In this document: positions 27,208 through 37,442 of the stretch, piece by piece
How positions within the stretch are numbered: position 1 is the first letter of the stretch
How the letters are laid out: the number at the start of each line of letters is the position of its first letter
Virus record (IMG/VR): IMGVR_UViG_3300020187_001966
DNA: 64,000 bases
Origin: a virus
Taxonomy: Duplodnaviria > Caudoviricetes
Direction: 5' to 3' (one strand)
Translations under genes and position numbers: made by a program
Notes under the pieces: generated by a model
Seen by the model: only the letters and a program-made list of their open reading frames with translations
Database searches by the model: none
Told to the model about the DNA's origin: nothing

Positions 27208-27285
27208 TTAAAAAACTAGGTATACTAGCGTTTGCATTTTTCTTTATAAAGGGGCTAATTTGGTTAGCCCTTTTATACTTTGGTG

Positions 27286-27651
27286 CTACATGGCTAATAC
27301 CAGGATAAAGTAAGTGGTATAGTGTGCTATTTGATCTATAGTAGCATACTTCCAATACTTTTTATTTCTATGTGTAACTTTATTACGTTCTGCTATCCAA
27401 TGTTTAGTATAGTCGATAATAAAATGTAACACAAAATCTAGTAAGGCAAGCCATAGTGCCTTGCCAACACCTACTAGCAGTAGTGCTACAAAAAATGTTA
27501 GCACTGCATGGTGCGAACAATGTATCCATAGTCTAGGTTTAGTTAATTGTGTCTTTGTTCCGTGTTTATCATCAGTAAGTTCAGCCTGAAGGAATAAATC
27601 TGCTATGGCATGTTTTACTGTTAGTAGGAAAAAGAATGTTAGTGCTGTCAT
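27286..27651 (-). CDS. DUF3307 family membrane protein
   Basis: KHAIADLFLQ, HCSHHA, HFIIDY.K, DQIAH. Confidence 0.8.
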   Translation of the reverse strand: MTALTFFFLLTVKHAIADLFLQAELTDDKHGTKTQLTKPRLWIHCSHHAVLTFFVALLLVGVGKALWLALLDFVLHFIIDYTKHWIAERNKVTHRNKKYWKYATIDQIAHYTTYFILVLAM

Positions 27652-28013
27652 TTATTTTGTTCTTCTTTATATATTTTTTTAAGATCTTCTAGTGAGTGTA
27701 ATTTTTCATTATCAGTTTCACTAAGTCCAGCTTCTTTAATTATTTCACGAAGTTCAGCAATCTTGTTTTGGTTTATCTCTTGTTGTTCTTTTAATGTTAA
27801 AACTACATTTAGTTTTTGGTTAAGACGGATTAGATCGTTATCTAACATACGTATACGATCAATTAGCCCAATAAGAACACCTTGTGCTTGTCCAATAACT
27901 GGGTCGATAGTTTCTGTTACCCATTTCCAGATAAAGAATATGAAATATCCAAGGCCCATAGCGGCAACAATAGGAAACCCATATTGACTAATTAATTCAG
28001 CAATATTTCCCAT
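27648..28013 (-). CDS. small membrane protein, paralog of 28973-29251
   Basis: GFPIV.A...GYF.F TM then coiled coil. Confidence 0.7.
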   Translation of the reverse strand: MGNIAELISQYGFPIVAAMGLGYFIFFIWKWVTETIDPVIGQAQGVLIGLIDRIRMLDNDLIRLNQKLNVVLTLKEQQEINQNKIAELREIIKEAGLSETDNEKLHSLEDLKKIYKEEQNK

Positions 28014-28591
28014 TACATCTCCCTACAATTACCAAAGTGATAACGTTTCATATTGTGTCCTTGTTTACCTTGTTTACCACAATGTGGGCAAGTTACAATA
28101 GGTTTGGCAGCACGAGCCGCCGCCAACTTAGCTTTAACTTCAGGACGATTCAACGCCTCTGTCACCGCAGCTTGGTGTGCTTCAGTCTTTGGACGAACCC
28201 CACAAGCATTGGAATTACCTATTAGTTTTGGATTTGGTTTACCTAACTTACTTTTAGAAATGTTTTGTCTATGCTCGTCTGTTTTAGACACACCTTTTTT
28301 GGCACCTACATTAGATCCTACTACCCAAGGTTTGCTCATGCCTTTATGTGCTTCGCTAATTTTGCGCTTATGCTCTTCACTTTTTGGCATTGACATTAGT
28401 TCATACATAATTTCATCATGTCCTATTAATCCAGCTAACCCCTTCCACGCAAGTTTATCTTGAGTTCTACCATATGTTTCGTATAGTTCTCGATGTGCTT
28501 GTGCGTGTTCTTCTACAGTTAGTTCTATTAAGTTAGCTGGATCATCAGACCCGCCAGCATGTTTTGGAATAATATGATGTTTATGTTTCAT
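28013..28591 (-). mobile_element. free-standing HNH homing endonuclease with NUMOD3-like repeats
   Basis: HKHHIIPKHAGGSDD..NLIELT.EEH..AH; SEEHKRKISEAHKG; C-terminal CPHC zinc finger. Confidence 0.85.
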
Positions 28592-28635
28592 ACACTTATT
28601 TATCTTTTTACTTTGTCTGGCAGTGGTGTTGGATG

Positions 28636-28806
28636 TTATGCTATATCGTCTCTATCTTCACCAATTTTGGTAAGCCATCCATTTTCGTTAACACGAAAAA
28701 TGTCGCCTGGTTTATACAAGCCTTTATCCATTACTTCTGTGGGAGTATCGCCAACAACAGTAAAACTATCGCCTGCTTGGTTAATTGTGTAATCTACCCA
28801 CATCAT
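28636..28806 (-). CDS. tiny hypothetical protein (56 aa), paralog of 28806-28973
   Basis: Manual translation MMWVDYTI...KPGDIFRVNENGWLTKIGED. Confidence 0.55.
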   Translation of the reverse strand: MMWVDYTINQAGDSFTVVGDTPTEVMDKGLYKPGDIFRVNENGWLTKIGEDRDDIA

Positions 28807-28973
28807 TATTGTTCACCGATTAGTTCAAAGTAACCATTGGGTCCTACACGATATGTATCTCCAATTTTTAGTTCTACGTCATCAATAACAAAAAATTTGT
28901 CATCAGGGTCTTTGTCTTTAAGAATACGAAATCCGTTTTGAAATTTCATTAGTAATAGGTCTTTCCACATCAT
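28806..28973 (-). CDS. tiny hypothetical protein (55 aa)
   Basis: Manual translation MMWKDLLL...KIGDTYRVGPNGYFELIGEQ; TAATG-coupled. Confidence 0.55.
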   Translation of the reverse strand: MMWKDLLLMKFQNGFRILKDKDPDDKFFVIDDVELKIGDTYRVGPNGYFELIGEQ

Positions 28974-29251
28974 TAGTCTTTCCTTGCGTCATTTTTGCCA
29001 TCAGCCCGTGCAATCCTATCCACGTCTGGTCGCAACCCTAGAGCATTACTCATTAGTGTATCAATACGTATGACATCATGATTCATTGTTTGTACACGAT
29101 TGTCTAGGCCCATAATGATACCCTTTAAACCATTGACACTTCCAGTAACACCTGCTAGTATAAACTTCAATGTTAAAAACACAAAGTAACCAGCAGCTAG
29201 TGCGCCAACGATTGGAAACCCTACCTCTGCAATTAGTCCGAATATTTCCAT
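28973..29251 (-). CDS. small membrane protein, paralog of 27648-28013
   Basis: GFPIVGALAAGYFVF TM; D.R.....HD.IRID. Confidence 0.7.
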   Translation of the reverse strand: MEIFGLIAEVGFPIVGALAAGYFVFLTLKFILAGVTGSVNGLKGIIMGLDNRVQTMNHDVIRIDTLMSNALGLRPDVDRIARADGKNDARKD

Positions 29252-29412
29252 TCCATTTCACCCTCACAGTTAAATGCTACTGTTATTTATGAAAGAAAGT
29301 ATTAAATAAAGTATGAGCGAGAAAACTCCAAATACGCCTACGCCCACACCGTCTGATGACCCGTGTGATGATGTTACTGGCACAGATCTTTCTAAATGGT
29401 GTAAGAAAACAC

Positions 29413-29441
29413 TTGACAAGTAATACGTCTTACTATATACT
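29413..29441 (+). promoter_or_regulatory. sigma70 promoter with ACGT-centred palindromic spacer
   Basis: TTGACA-AGTAATACGTCTTACTA-TATACT. Confidence 0.75.
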
Positions 29442-29616
29442 ATGGTAGTAAACAAGGAGAAATTCATATGTCATTACCAAAGAAGCTACCCGCAAACTTT
29501 ATAGAAACGTATTATGAAAATTGTAAAGAGCGTGAACTTTATAAAGACCCTATATTAACTAAAGAACAATACTGGGAAATTTGGATTAAAATGACAGAAC
29601 ATGAGGAATCAAGAAA

Positions 29617-30132
29617 ATGAATAAACTAATTATTGCAGGAATTATTGCCCTATTTGCGACAACCGCAAATGCTAACAGCTACAGAGTACAAGGAAAAATT
29701 ATTGAAATTGTACCAGTATATACAAAAGTAAATCAACAGACACCAGTAGAAAAATGTCGTGATATTGAAGTACCAATTTATGGACGCACTGGCGGCAATG
29801 CTGGTGAAGGTGCCTTGGGTGGTATGATTATCGGCGGTGTACTAGGTAAAGTACTGGGCGGTAACGACGGAGGTGCTGCAGCTGGTGCTATCCTTGGTGG
29901 TGTTGTAGGCGCTAATAATTCACAAGGACAACGTCGAATTACTGGATATCGTACAGAGTATCAGTGTACTACAACTTATCGTAATTCTTCTAAGTCAATT
30001 ATTAACGAGTACGACATTGTATATCGTGTAGATGGCCAACGAATCACTGTACGAGTTAATCGTGCTGTTGGGCAAAATGCTTATGTTGGACAACGTAAAG
30101 ATTTCCGTGTAAATTATCAACTTTTAAATTGA
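29617..30132 (+). CDS. glycine zipper 2TM domain secreted protein
   Basis: Signal peptide; GALGGMIIGGVLGKVLGGNDGGAAAGAILGGVVG. Confidence 0.8.
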   Translation: MNKLIIAGIIALFATTANANSYRVQGKIIEIVPVYTKVNQQTPVEKCRDIEVPIYGRTGGNAGEGALGGMIIGGVLGKVLGGNDGGAAAGAILGGVVGANNSQGQRRITGYRTEYQCTTTYRNSSKSIINEYDIVYRVDGQRITVRVNRAVGQNAYVGQRKDFRVNYQLLN

Positions 30133-30189
30133 CATCTGTGTCAATATACGCTATAACGTAAGAAACAATAATTTACGCTGGAGAGTAAT

Positions 30190-30420
30190 ATGAATAACAA
30201 AGTTGTATATGCGAATGAAGCTACTATCACTAGTACACGTACTGGTACAGAAGTTGTAGCTGAGATTGATAACTTTAAATTTGAACAATACTTGGATGCC
30301 TTTATTGCCACTAACAAAATACCAATGCGTTGGAATGGCAAAGTATATGTAGGTAATGTTAGTGGTATGGAATTTACAACAGATGGCCCAAAAGAGTCTG
30401 TAAAGTTTAATCGGAGGTAA
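30190..30420 (+). CDS. hypothetical phage protein
   Basis: GGAG RBS, TTGACA-17-TATAAC promoter upstream. Confidence 0.65.
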   Translation: MNNKVVYANEATITSTRTGTEVVAEIDNFKFEQYLDAFIATNKIPMRWNGKVYVGNVSGMEFTTDGPKESVKFNRR

Positions 30421-30424
30421 TAGT

Positions 30425-30775
30425 ATGACAATGCATTTAGTTGGTCCACATATGACCACAACAAAGTATAATCGTAAACAGAAAAAGCCTAATGCTAAAC
30501 TAACAAAAGCACACGCTGAACATGAGAAATGGCTCAAGTCAATAGGTGTTGGTAAAACAAAAGCTCGTAATACAAATACTATTCCAGACTATTCAACCAA
30601 GGATACAGTTGAACTCAGCAATAAGGTTGCTGGACATGGGCCTGCTCGAGAAAGTATGACCTACAGTGGAGAGCGTCAGTTAGTTGGTATTGCTACAATG
30701 CACAAAAGTAATATGGTTCCTATCTTCGCCGATAGGAAAGAAGACGCCAAAGATATAGCGAGTATGAGACGATAA
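30425..30775 (+). CDS. hypothetical phage protein
   Basis: GIATMHKSNMVPIF motif; GGAGG RBS. Confidence 0.7.
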   Translation: MTMHLVGPHMTTTKYNRKQKKPNAKLTKAHAEHEKWLKSIGVGKTKARNTNTIPDYSTKDTVELSNKVAGHGPARESMTYSGERQLVGIATMHKSNMVPIFADRKEDAKDIASMRR

Positions 30776-31321
30776 ATGATTAGACCAGGTATACATGCTA
30801 CTATTGATTTAGAAACACTTGACACCCTACCTAGTGCTACAGTACTAAGTGTAGGCGGTGTTAAGTTTCGTCCAGACAGTAGTGATGATCCATATGATAG
30901 ATTTTACATGAAAATCTTAGTTGATGATCAAGACAAATTAGGTCGTACTGCTAGTGACGATACAGTTGAATGGTGGGGCAAACAAGACCCTGTCGCAATG
31001 AATGAAGCATTTGATCAAACTGGTGCTGTCACAGTTACAGAGTTCTTAGCCGCACTTAATAAATGGATTGTTGGTGTAGATACATTTTGGGGTCAAGGCT
31101 ATGGCTTTGATTATACCATACTTGAGAATATGTATCGTGCTAGTGGACGTAATGTGCCTTGGTACTTCTGGCAAGTATTGGACTCACGTACATTAATACA
31201 AATGTTACGTGAAGATCCACGTAAGCAATTTCAAACAAACTTACATAAAGCAGATGATGATGCTTATTATCAATCAAAAGCAATTCAGATTGCACTAAAA
31301 GATCTAGGAGTATTTAGATGA
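30776..31321 (+). CDS. DEDD 3'-5' exonuclease (DexA/Rv2179c-like)
   Basis: IDLETL, LSVGGVKF, WGQGYGFD..IL, DSRT, H.ADDDA. Confidence 0.85.
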   Translation: MIRPGIHATIDLETLDTLPSATVLSVGGVKFRPDSSDDPYDRFYMKILVDDQDKLGRTASDDTVEWWGKQDPVAMNEAFDQTGAVTVTEFLAALNKWIVGVDTFWGQGYGFDYTILENMYRASGRNVPWYFWQVLDSRTLIQMLREDPRKQFQTNLHKADDDAYYQSKAIQIALKDLGVFR

Positions 31322-31478
31322 TAAGATGGTATGATTATGTAGCTAGCATATGCTTGGCATATTCCATCTTATTTAAATTTTTTAACATACCTGTTATTGA
31401 CGCAGTACTAGCATATGGATTATGGGTAGGCTGGAGAGATTATTATTGTGAATATAGAAAACAAATGGAGAACAACAC

Positions 31479-32066
31479 ATGGCATTAGTGCCCATCGTAA
31501 TTGATAAAACAAGTGCAGGTGAACGTAGTTATGATATCTACAGTCGCTTGTTAAAAGACCGTGTAGTAATGCTTAATGGTCAAGTAGAAGACTATATGGC
31601 TAATTTAATTGTAAGTCAGTTATTGTTTCTGGAAAGTGAAAATCCAGATGCTGACATTACATTGTATATTAACAGCCCTGGTGGTGTTATTACTAGTGGC
31701 ATGAGCATTTATGATACAATGCAGTACATTAAACCAGACGTAGTAACAGTTGTAAACGGTCAAGCATGTAGTATGGGAAGTTTCCTAGCACAGGCTGGAG
31801 CAACTGGTAAGCGTATGGTATTACCAAATAGTCGTACAATGATCCATCAACCAAGCGGTGGTGCCAGAGGCATGCAAAGTGATATTGAGATCCAGTACAA
31901 AGAGATTACACACATGAAAAAACAGTTGACAAATCTGTATGTTAAGCATAATACTAGTGGTAAGACATATGAAGATTTTGAACGTGACATGGATCGTGAT
32001 ACATTTTTAACAGCACAAGAAGCAGTTGACTACGGTCTAGCTGATCGTGTAATTGAACAAAGATAA
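31479..32066 (+). CDS. clpP: ATP-dependent Clp protease proteolytic subunit
   Basis: [23 protein letters not shown] (Ser), MIHQPSGG (His), DRD (Asp). Confidence 0.97.
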   Translation: MALVPIVIDKTSAGERSYDIYSRLLKDRVVMLNGQVEDYMANLIVSQLLFLESENPDADITLYINSPGGVITSGMSIYDTMQYIKPDVVTVVNGQACSMGSFLAQAGATGKRMVLPNSRTMIHQPSGGARGMQSDIEIQYKEITHMKKQLTNLYVKHNTSGKTYEDFERDMDRDTFLTAQEAVDYGLADRVIEQR

Positions 32067-32135
32067 GTAAGTATAGTGGACTTCACAGGATCGCCCCACT
32101 CTAAATACTCCGTCCTTGTAATATAGGAGAAGAAT

Positions 32136-32585
32136 ATGCCGCATTTAAGCACAAAAACATACGGACACAACATCGGACTATCAGCGGTGTTCCGTCAGCC
32201 ACACGCAGATCATTCACACTGTAGATTCTTACATGGATACAGTTTGGGATTTAAGTTTACATTTGGTTGTGATGAACTAGATCATCGTAATTGGGCTGTA
32301 GACTTTGGTGGACTAAAGCCACTAAAGAAATGGTTAGAAGATACATTTGATCACAAGACAGTAATTGATCGTGAAGATCCATTCTTGTATAAGTTCGCAG
32401 AACTTGAGAACATGGGACTAGCAGAAATTACAGTACTAGATGGGGTTGGAGCAGAGAAGTTTGCTGAACACGCATTTAACTTCGCAAACAAACTTATTAG
32501 AGAAGCAACAGATAATCGTTGCTATTGTGTAGAAGCAGAGTGTAGTGAGCATGGAGCAAACAGTGCTATCTATCGACCTGGCTGA
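32136..32585 (+). CDS. queD: 6-carboxy-5,6,7,8-tetrahydropterin synthase
   Basis: HCRFLHGYS, VDFGGLK, FDHK, VEAECSE. Confidence 0.88.
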   Translation: MPHLSTKTYGHNIGLSAVFRQPHADHSHCRFLHGYSLGFKFTFGCDELDHRNWAVDFGGLKPLKKWLEDTFDHKTVIDREDPFLYKFAELENMGLAEITVLDGVGAEKFAEHAFNFANKLIREATDNRCYCVEAECSEHGANSAIYRPG

Positions 32586-32811
32586 GTTAGAATGGTGTGC
32601 TAATTGGAAAACAGAACATGGATATTATTGTACTGTAATACTTAGAGACAACAGCCGATATAGTAAACCAAGAGGAGTTCATCTTTTACTTGATGAACTC
32701 TTTGGTACTAACTATGGAGGTTTTAGATATAATGATAGTACAAATGGAGTAGAAATTTGGTTCAAGAAGAAACAGGACATGTTGACATTCAAGATGTTGA
32801 CAAAACCCTAA
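32545..32811 (+). CDS. hypothetical protein
   Basis: ORF in operon context. Confidence 0.45.
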   Translation: MSMEQTVLSIDLAELEWCANWKTEHGYYCTVILRDNSRYSKPRGVHLLLDELFGTNYGGFRYNDSTNGVEIWFKKKQDMLTFKMLTKP

Positions 32812-33104
32812 TACACGATAAAATAGTAGCAAACTTAAAAGAAGTTTATGATCCGGAGATTCCTGTTAATATCTACGATCTAGGATTAATATATAATATT
32901 GATATAAATAATCAGCTATGTAAAATTACAATGAGCTTAACAAGTGCGTTTTGCCCTGCGGCAGACGATATTATTGCAGATGTACAAAGCGCCTCAAATT
33001 CAGTAGACGGTGTTGACGATGTTGATGTAAACATTACATTTGATCCACAATGGGGTCCTGAAATGATGAGTGAAGATTGTAAACTAATACTAGGAATATT
33101 TTAA
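32757..33104 (+). CDS. DUF59/SufT-like Fe-S cluster assembly protein
   Basis: LKEVYDPEIPVNIYDLGLIY, MSLTSAFCP, FDPQW.PEMMS; start uncertain. Confidence 0.88.
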   Translation: MVQEETGHVDIQDVDKTLIHDKIVANLKEVYDPEIPVNIYDLGLIYNIDINNQLCKITMSLTSAFCPAADDIIADVQSASNSVDGVDDVDVNITFDPQWGPEMMSEDCKLILGIF

Positions 33105-33113
33105 GGAGTAAAA

Positions 33114-33425
33114 ATGTTTGATAAATTAAAAAAACTAATGGGTATAGCATATCCATTATCAGGTGGACCAGAACCAGTAATAACTGATGCATCTGAAGCA
33201 AAACAAAAAATTAAAAATGCTGAAAAAATTACAACTGTTACAGTAAAACCTAAGAAGCCAACAACACAAAAACCTAAAGGCGAAACAAAAGCATCATTAG
33301 GAAAAATGACAAAGAAAGATATTGACGACCTAGCTAAAGAAAAGTTTGGTGTAGAATTAGATCGCCGTTTAACTAAAGATAAAATGATCGTTGAATTTAT
33401 AGCCACACAAAAGAAAGCAAAATAG
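33114..33425 (+). CDS. hypothetical Lys-rich protein
   Basis: AAGGAG RBS; MTKKDID..A....GVELDRR.TK..M motif. Confidence 0.65.
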   Translation: MFDKLKKLMGIAYPLSGGPEPVITDASEAKQKIKNAEKITTVTVKPKKPTTQKPKGETKASLGKMTKKDIDDLAKEKFGVELDRRLTKDKMIVEFIATQKKAK

Positions 33426-33428
33426 TAT

Positions 33429-33764
33429 ATGACGTATATTGTCAATGACGCATGTATTATGTGTAAGTATACAGACTGTGTAGAAGTTTGTCCAGTAGAC
33501 TGTTTTTATGAAGGTGAAAACATGCTTGTAATTAATCCAGAAGAATGTATTGATTGCGGCGTTTGTGAGCCAGAATGCCCAGCAGATGCGATTCAACCTG
33601 ATACAGCACATGGCGCCGCCGCTTGGGTTGAGACTAATCAAAAGTATGCTGACATCTGGCCAGTAATTTTTGAGCAAAAAGATCCATTACCTGATGCTGA
33701 AAAATGGGATGGCGTTGAAGGTAAATGGGAACACTTTAGTGAAAATCCTGGAGAAGGTTCTTAA
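33429..33764 (+). CDS. fdxA: 7Fe ferredoxin FdxA type
   Basis: [51 protein letters not shown]. Confidence 0.95.
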   Translation: MTYIVNDACIMCKYTDCVEVCPVDCFYEGENMLVINPEECIDCGVCEPECPADAIQPDTAHGAAAWVETNQKYADIWPVIFEQKDPLPDAEKWDGVEGKWEHFSENPGEGS

Positions 33765-33777
33765 AATAAATAACATT

Positions 33778-34083
33778 ATGAAATTAACTATATCAGACTC
33801 AGCAAAACAATATCTTAATAAGATGATTGAAAACGAAAACAAACGCTATGTTACACTAGATGTTAAAGGCGGCGGTTGTAGTGGCTTTCGATATGAATGG
33901 AACTTCAGTGATGAAGTATCGGGCAATTTAATTGACGATATTTTAGTTATTGATGTAATGGCTGAGATGTTTTTATTTGGATGTACAGTTGACTATGTAC
34001 AAGAATTAGGCGGCAGTTACCTTACTGTTGTTAACCCTAACGCAACTGCTAGTTGCGGCTGTGGCGAATCGTTCGCAGTTTAA
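33778..34083 (+). CDS. IscA/HesB A-type Fe-S carrier
   Basis: [25 protein letters not shown]; ATG 33778 lies 5 nt after TAAATA. Confidence 0.92.
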   Translation: MKLTISDSAKQYLNKMIENENKRYVTLDVKGGGCSGFRYEWNFSDEVSGNLIDDILVIDVMAEMFLFGCTVDYVQELGGSYLTVVNPNATASCGCGESFAV

Positions 34084-34097
34084 TAAACGAGGAAAAT

Positions 34098-35042
34098 ATG
34101 AAAATAATTACAGGAAGTAGCAATACTGCTTTTGCTAAAGCGGTTGCTGATCATTGCTTCACTGAGTTAGTTCCAGCAGAACTAAATCGGTTTAGTGATG
34201 GAGAAATATGTGTAGAAGTACATGAGAACATTCGTGGTGCGGATGTTTTTTTAGTGAATAGCACTTGTACACCAGTTAACGATAGTTTAATGGAAATGCT
34301 GATAATGATTGATACTGCCAAGCGTAGTAGTGCTAGTCGTATTACGGCAGTTATCCCTTACTTTGGGTACGCACGCCAAGATCGTAAAAGTGCTTCAAGA
34401 ACACCCATTACTGCCAAACTAGTTGCTGACTTACTAACTACAGCAGGTGCAGATCGTGTACTCACAATGGATTTACACGCAGGACAGATTCAAGGCTTTT
34501 TTGATATTCCAGTGGACGATTTAACAAGCCGTGTAGTGTTTGCTAAAGACATTAAAAAACAATTTTACAAAGACGGCAGTGACATCAATACTGTAGAGAC
34601 AGTATTTGTTTCACCAGACGCAGGCGGTGCTGTAAGAGCTCGTAAGTTTGCTGATATGTTCCATGGCGATATTGCTATTGTAGACAAACGTAGACCTCGA
34701 GCAGGTGTTAGTGAAGTAATGGCACTGATTGGTGATGTTAAAGGTAAACATGCTATCCTAGTAGATGATATTGTTGATAGTGGAGGCACACTATGTAAAG
34801 CCGCAGAAGCTATCTTGGATGCTGGCGCACTAAGTGTTAGAGCATACATTACACATGGTGTACTAAGCAATGGTGCTAGTAAAAAGATTGAAGCTAGTAA
34901 ACTAGAAGAATTAGTTATCAGTGATAGTATTCCTTATGATGGCAAAAGTACAAAAGTTAGACAAGTAAGTTTAGCACCATTATTTGGCGAAGCAATGCGC
35001 CGTATTACAAATGAAGAAAGTGTGAGTAGTTTATTCCAATGA
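34098..35042 (+). CDS. prs: ribose-phosphate pyrophosphokinase
   Basis: [44 protein letters not shown]. Confidence 0.97.
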   Translation: MKIITGSSNTAFAKAVADHCFTELVPAELNRFSDGEICVEVHENIRGADVFLVNSTCTPVNDSLMEMLIMIDTAKRSSASRITAVIPYFGYARQDRKSASRTPITAKLVADLLTTAGADRVLTMDLHAGQIQGFFDIPVDDLTSRVVFAKDIKKQFYKDGSDINTVETVFVSPDAGGAVRARKFADMFHGDIAIVDKRRPRAGVSEVMALIGDVKGKHAILVDDIVDSGGTLCKAAEAILDAGALSVRAYITHGVLSNGASKKIEASKLEELVISDSIPYDGKSTKVRQVSLAPLFGEAMRRITNEESVSSLFQ

Positions 35043-35377
35043 AATATGTAATTGATATCGACGGCACCATCTGTAAAGAAGTGATTATACCTGGCACTGG
35101 TGGAAAGAAAGACTACGCTAAACATATTCCTATGCTGGATCGTATTGCAAAAGTAAACGCATTGTATGATGCAGGACATACTATTAAATATATGACAGCA
35201 CGAGGTTGTGTGAGCAAAATTGATTATTATGATTTAACTAAAGATCAATTAATAAACTGGGGTGCAAAGCACCATGAACTAAGTGTTGGCGAAAAAGAAA
35301 ACTATGATATTTGGATTGACGACAAAGCGTTTTGGAGTGAAAACTTCTTTCGTAGTACAGGCGAATCTTATGAGTGA
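35039..35377 (+). CDS. small HAD-like phosphatase
   Basis: [21 protein letters not shown]. Confidence 0.8.
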   Translation: MKYVIDIDGTICKEVIIPGTGGKKDYAKHIPMLDRIAKVNALYDAGHTIKYMTARGCVSKIDYYDLTKDQLINWGAKHHELSVGEKENYDIWIDDKAFWSENFFRSTGESYE

Positions 35378-35705
35378 TTACACATGCGACAACTGGGTAG
35401 TTATTAAGATGAAAGGCGATGATCCTCACTATCGTCTTCTTGTTGGAACATCCGGTGGTTACTTAGATGGCGACAGTTGGCGTATGAACAGTGGCATTAC
35501 AAAGGTAGAAGAGGACGAAGCATTCTATTACTTCTCTGGTTCTAGTGGGTCTCGATATCGTTGTTGTAACTTTACATCAGCGGCGTACACACTGAGAATG
35601 AACAATGCTGGTATTTGGGATCAGCTTCAGCAAATTCACGGCGACAAAGTTGAGATGATGCCAGAAGATACAGACTGGATGAATATGGATTGGATTATTA
35701 AATGA
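35370..35705 (+). CDS. hypothetical phage protein
   Basis: DNWVVIK...GTSGGYLDGDSWRMNSGI motif. Confidence 0.7.
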   Translation: MSDYTCDNWVVIKMKGDDPHYRLLVGTSGGYLDGDSWRMNSGITKVEEDEAFYYFSGSSGSRYRCCNFTSAAYTLRMNNAGIWDQLQQIHGDKVEMMPEDTDWMNMDWIIK

Positions 35706-35950
35706 GCTATAAGATCGAAGCCGCCTCTAAAGAAGAATGGGCTGAAAGAGCCTTATCTGGTGAGAAGAAGTTGACTGGCTTGAAAGATAGTGTTAGAGAG
35801 TTGTTTAGTCTTCTTGACGCTACTGAGGAAACTGACGAAGGTAGAGTACACCGACCAGTTCAAATAGTTTGTGTACGTACTGATATGTTGATCAAACTTG
35901 AAAACGTCTTGGCTACATTAAAAAGCACAATGGAAGAGGATATGAAATGA
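35702..35950 (+). CDS. hypothetical protein
   Basis: Coupled ORF. Confidence 0.55.
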   Translation: MSYKIEAASKEEWAERALSGEKKLTGLKDSVRELFSLLDATEETDEGRVHRPVQIVCVRTDMLIKLENVLATLKSTMEEDMK

Positions 35951-36135
35951 GTAAAGTATTAATGTGTGATCCGCCCAGCGGTTGGAAGTATGGATTTCCC
36001 AAACCAATGCCAAGCACCTTGGGAGAAGACGAAAGTATCTTTCCGTGGTTGTTGAGCGAAGGTTACCCACAGGCAGAGATTGATGCTTGTGGCAAACATT
36101 TCTATTGTAGGTATTGGGAGGCAGACGATGAGTAA
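35947..36135 (+). CDS. hypothetical protein
   Basis: DPPSGWKYGFPK motif; coupled. Confidence 0.6.
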   Translation: MSKVLMCDPPSGWKYGFPKPMPSTLGEDESIFPWLLSEGYPQAEIDACGKHFYCRYWEADDE

Positions 36136-36631
36136 AGTACAGAAGTTTCGTAGTAAAATTGATAACTTCTTTGGCTGGGTAAAAGTTACTGAGCTAGTGG
36201 AACTTGACGAGATTGACGTTAGCGAAGATCCAGTACGTCCAGAGCTTGATGTAGAATGGCGCACAAGTTATGGACGTAAAATATACGGATTAAAATACCA
36301 AGACGAGATTGAAGGTATTATATGTATTGCGTATACTAATGATGTTCCTTCAAGTGTTAAAGAGCTAGACTTAATGAGTCAAAACGCACACTTTAAAAAA
36401 GATGCTGACACAGCAATTGCTTATACAGTATGGAGTCGCAAACGTGGCGCTGGTAAAGAGATCATAGGCAAAGTTGGCGACATGATGAAGCAATCAACTA
36501 ATGTACAAAATTTAGTAACACTAAGTCCACTAACACCTATGGCTACACATTTTCATATACGTAATGGAGCAAAACAAATTGCTATCAACACTACTACACA
36601 AAACTTCAAGTACGACTTAACACAAGGATAG
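36128..36631 (+). CDS. hypothetical protein, weakly GNAT-like
   Basis: EDPVRPEL, AYTVWSRKRGAG, VTLSP.T.MA..FH. Confidence 0.6.
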   Translation: MSKVQKFRSKIDNFFGWVKVTELVELDEIDVSEDPVRPELDVEWRTSYGRKIYGLKYQDEIEGIICIAYTNDVPSSVKELDLMSQNAHFKKDADTAIAYTVWSRKRGAGKEIIGKVGDMMKQSTNVQNLVTLSPLTPMATHFHIRNGAKQIAINTTTQNFKYDLTQG

Positions 36632-36635
36632 AATT

Positions 36636-37442
36636 ATGGATCATAGATTTATAGCGGCAATGGATCACAGTGGTGGTTCAACAGGTGGTGTACTAGAACG
36701 TTATGGACGTGAGTACACAGAAGATAACAAAATGGAACGTGTACACGAAATGCGTATGCGTATGGTTAACTCACCTGACTTCAACGATAAAAACATTTGG
36801 GCGGCAATACTATACCAAGACACAGTTACTCGTGGCATGGTAAATGTCCTGGATGAAAAAGGTATTGACACGTTCCTAAAGATTGACAGTGGCTGTGAAG
36901 AAAGTGGTATGCTTAAACAGTTTCCAGTAAAACAAATGTTAGAGTGGGCTACAAACGGTATTGGTCCTAAGATTTATGGTACAAAGATGCGTAGCATTGT
37001 TAAAGGGGGAAGTATGGTACATCCTGTACTCAAACAACAGTTTACACTTGCTCGTACTATTTGGGAGCATGGGCTTGTACCAATCATTGAGCCCGAAGTA
37101 CCTATCGACAATCCTGTTAAAGCTAAAGTTGAATCAGCTCTTATGTATCACTTACAAGAGTTTCTGGATGAGTTTCCAGGTAAATGTATTCTTAAACTAA
37201 CACCACCAGAAGTACCCAACTTGTATCACAACCTTACAGTATTTCCTAATGTAGAACGTGTTGTGTTCCTAAGTGGCGGATATGCTACACAAGAAGCATG
37301 TCGTAGGTTAGGCGCTAACGCAGACGTTACTGCTAGTTTTTCGAGAGCATTGAGTGAAGGTTTAAACTATCACTTGACAGACGCTGAGTTTAATGCTAAG
37401 ATTAAGCAGAACATTAAAATGATAACAGAGGCAAATAAATGA
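36636..37442 (+). CDS. class I fructose-bisphosphate aldolase (bacterial Fda type)
   Basis: FIAAMDHSGGST, FLKIDSG, GTKMRSIV, PIIEPEV, LKLT, FLSGGY, ASFSRAL. Confidence 0.9.
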   Translation: MDHRFIAAMDHSGGSTGGVLERYGREYTEDNKMERVHEMRMRMVNSPDFNDKNIWAAILYQDTVTRGMVNVLDEKGIDTFLKIDSGCEESGMLKQFPVKQMLEWATNGIGPKIYGTKMRSIVKGGSMVHPVLKQQFTLARTIWEHGLVPIIEPEVPIDNPVKAKVESALMYHLQEFLDEFPGKCILKLTPPEVPNLYHNLTVFPNVERVVFLSGGYATQEACRRLGANADVTASFSRALSEGLNYHLTDAEFNAKIKQNIKMITEANK

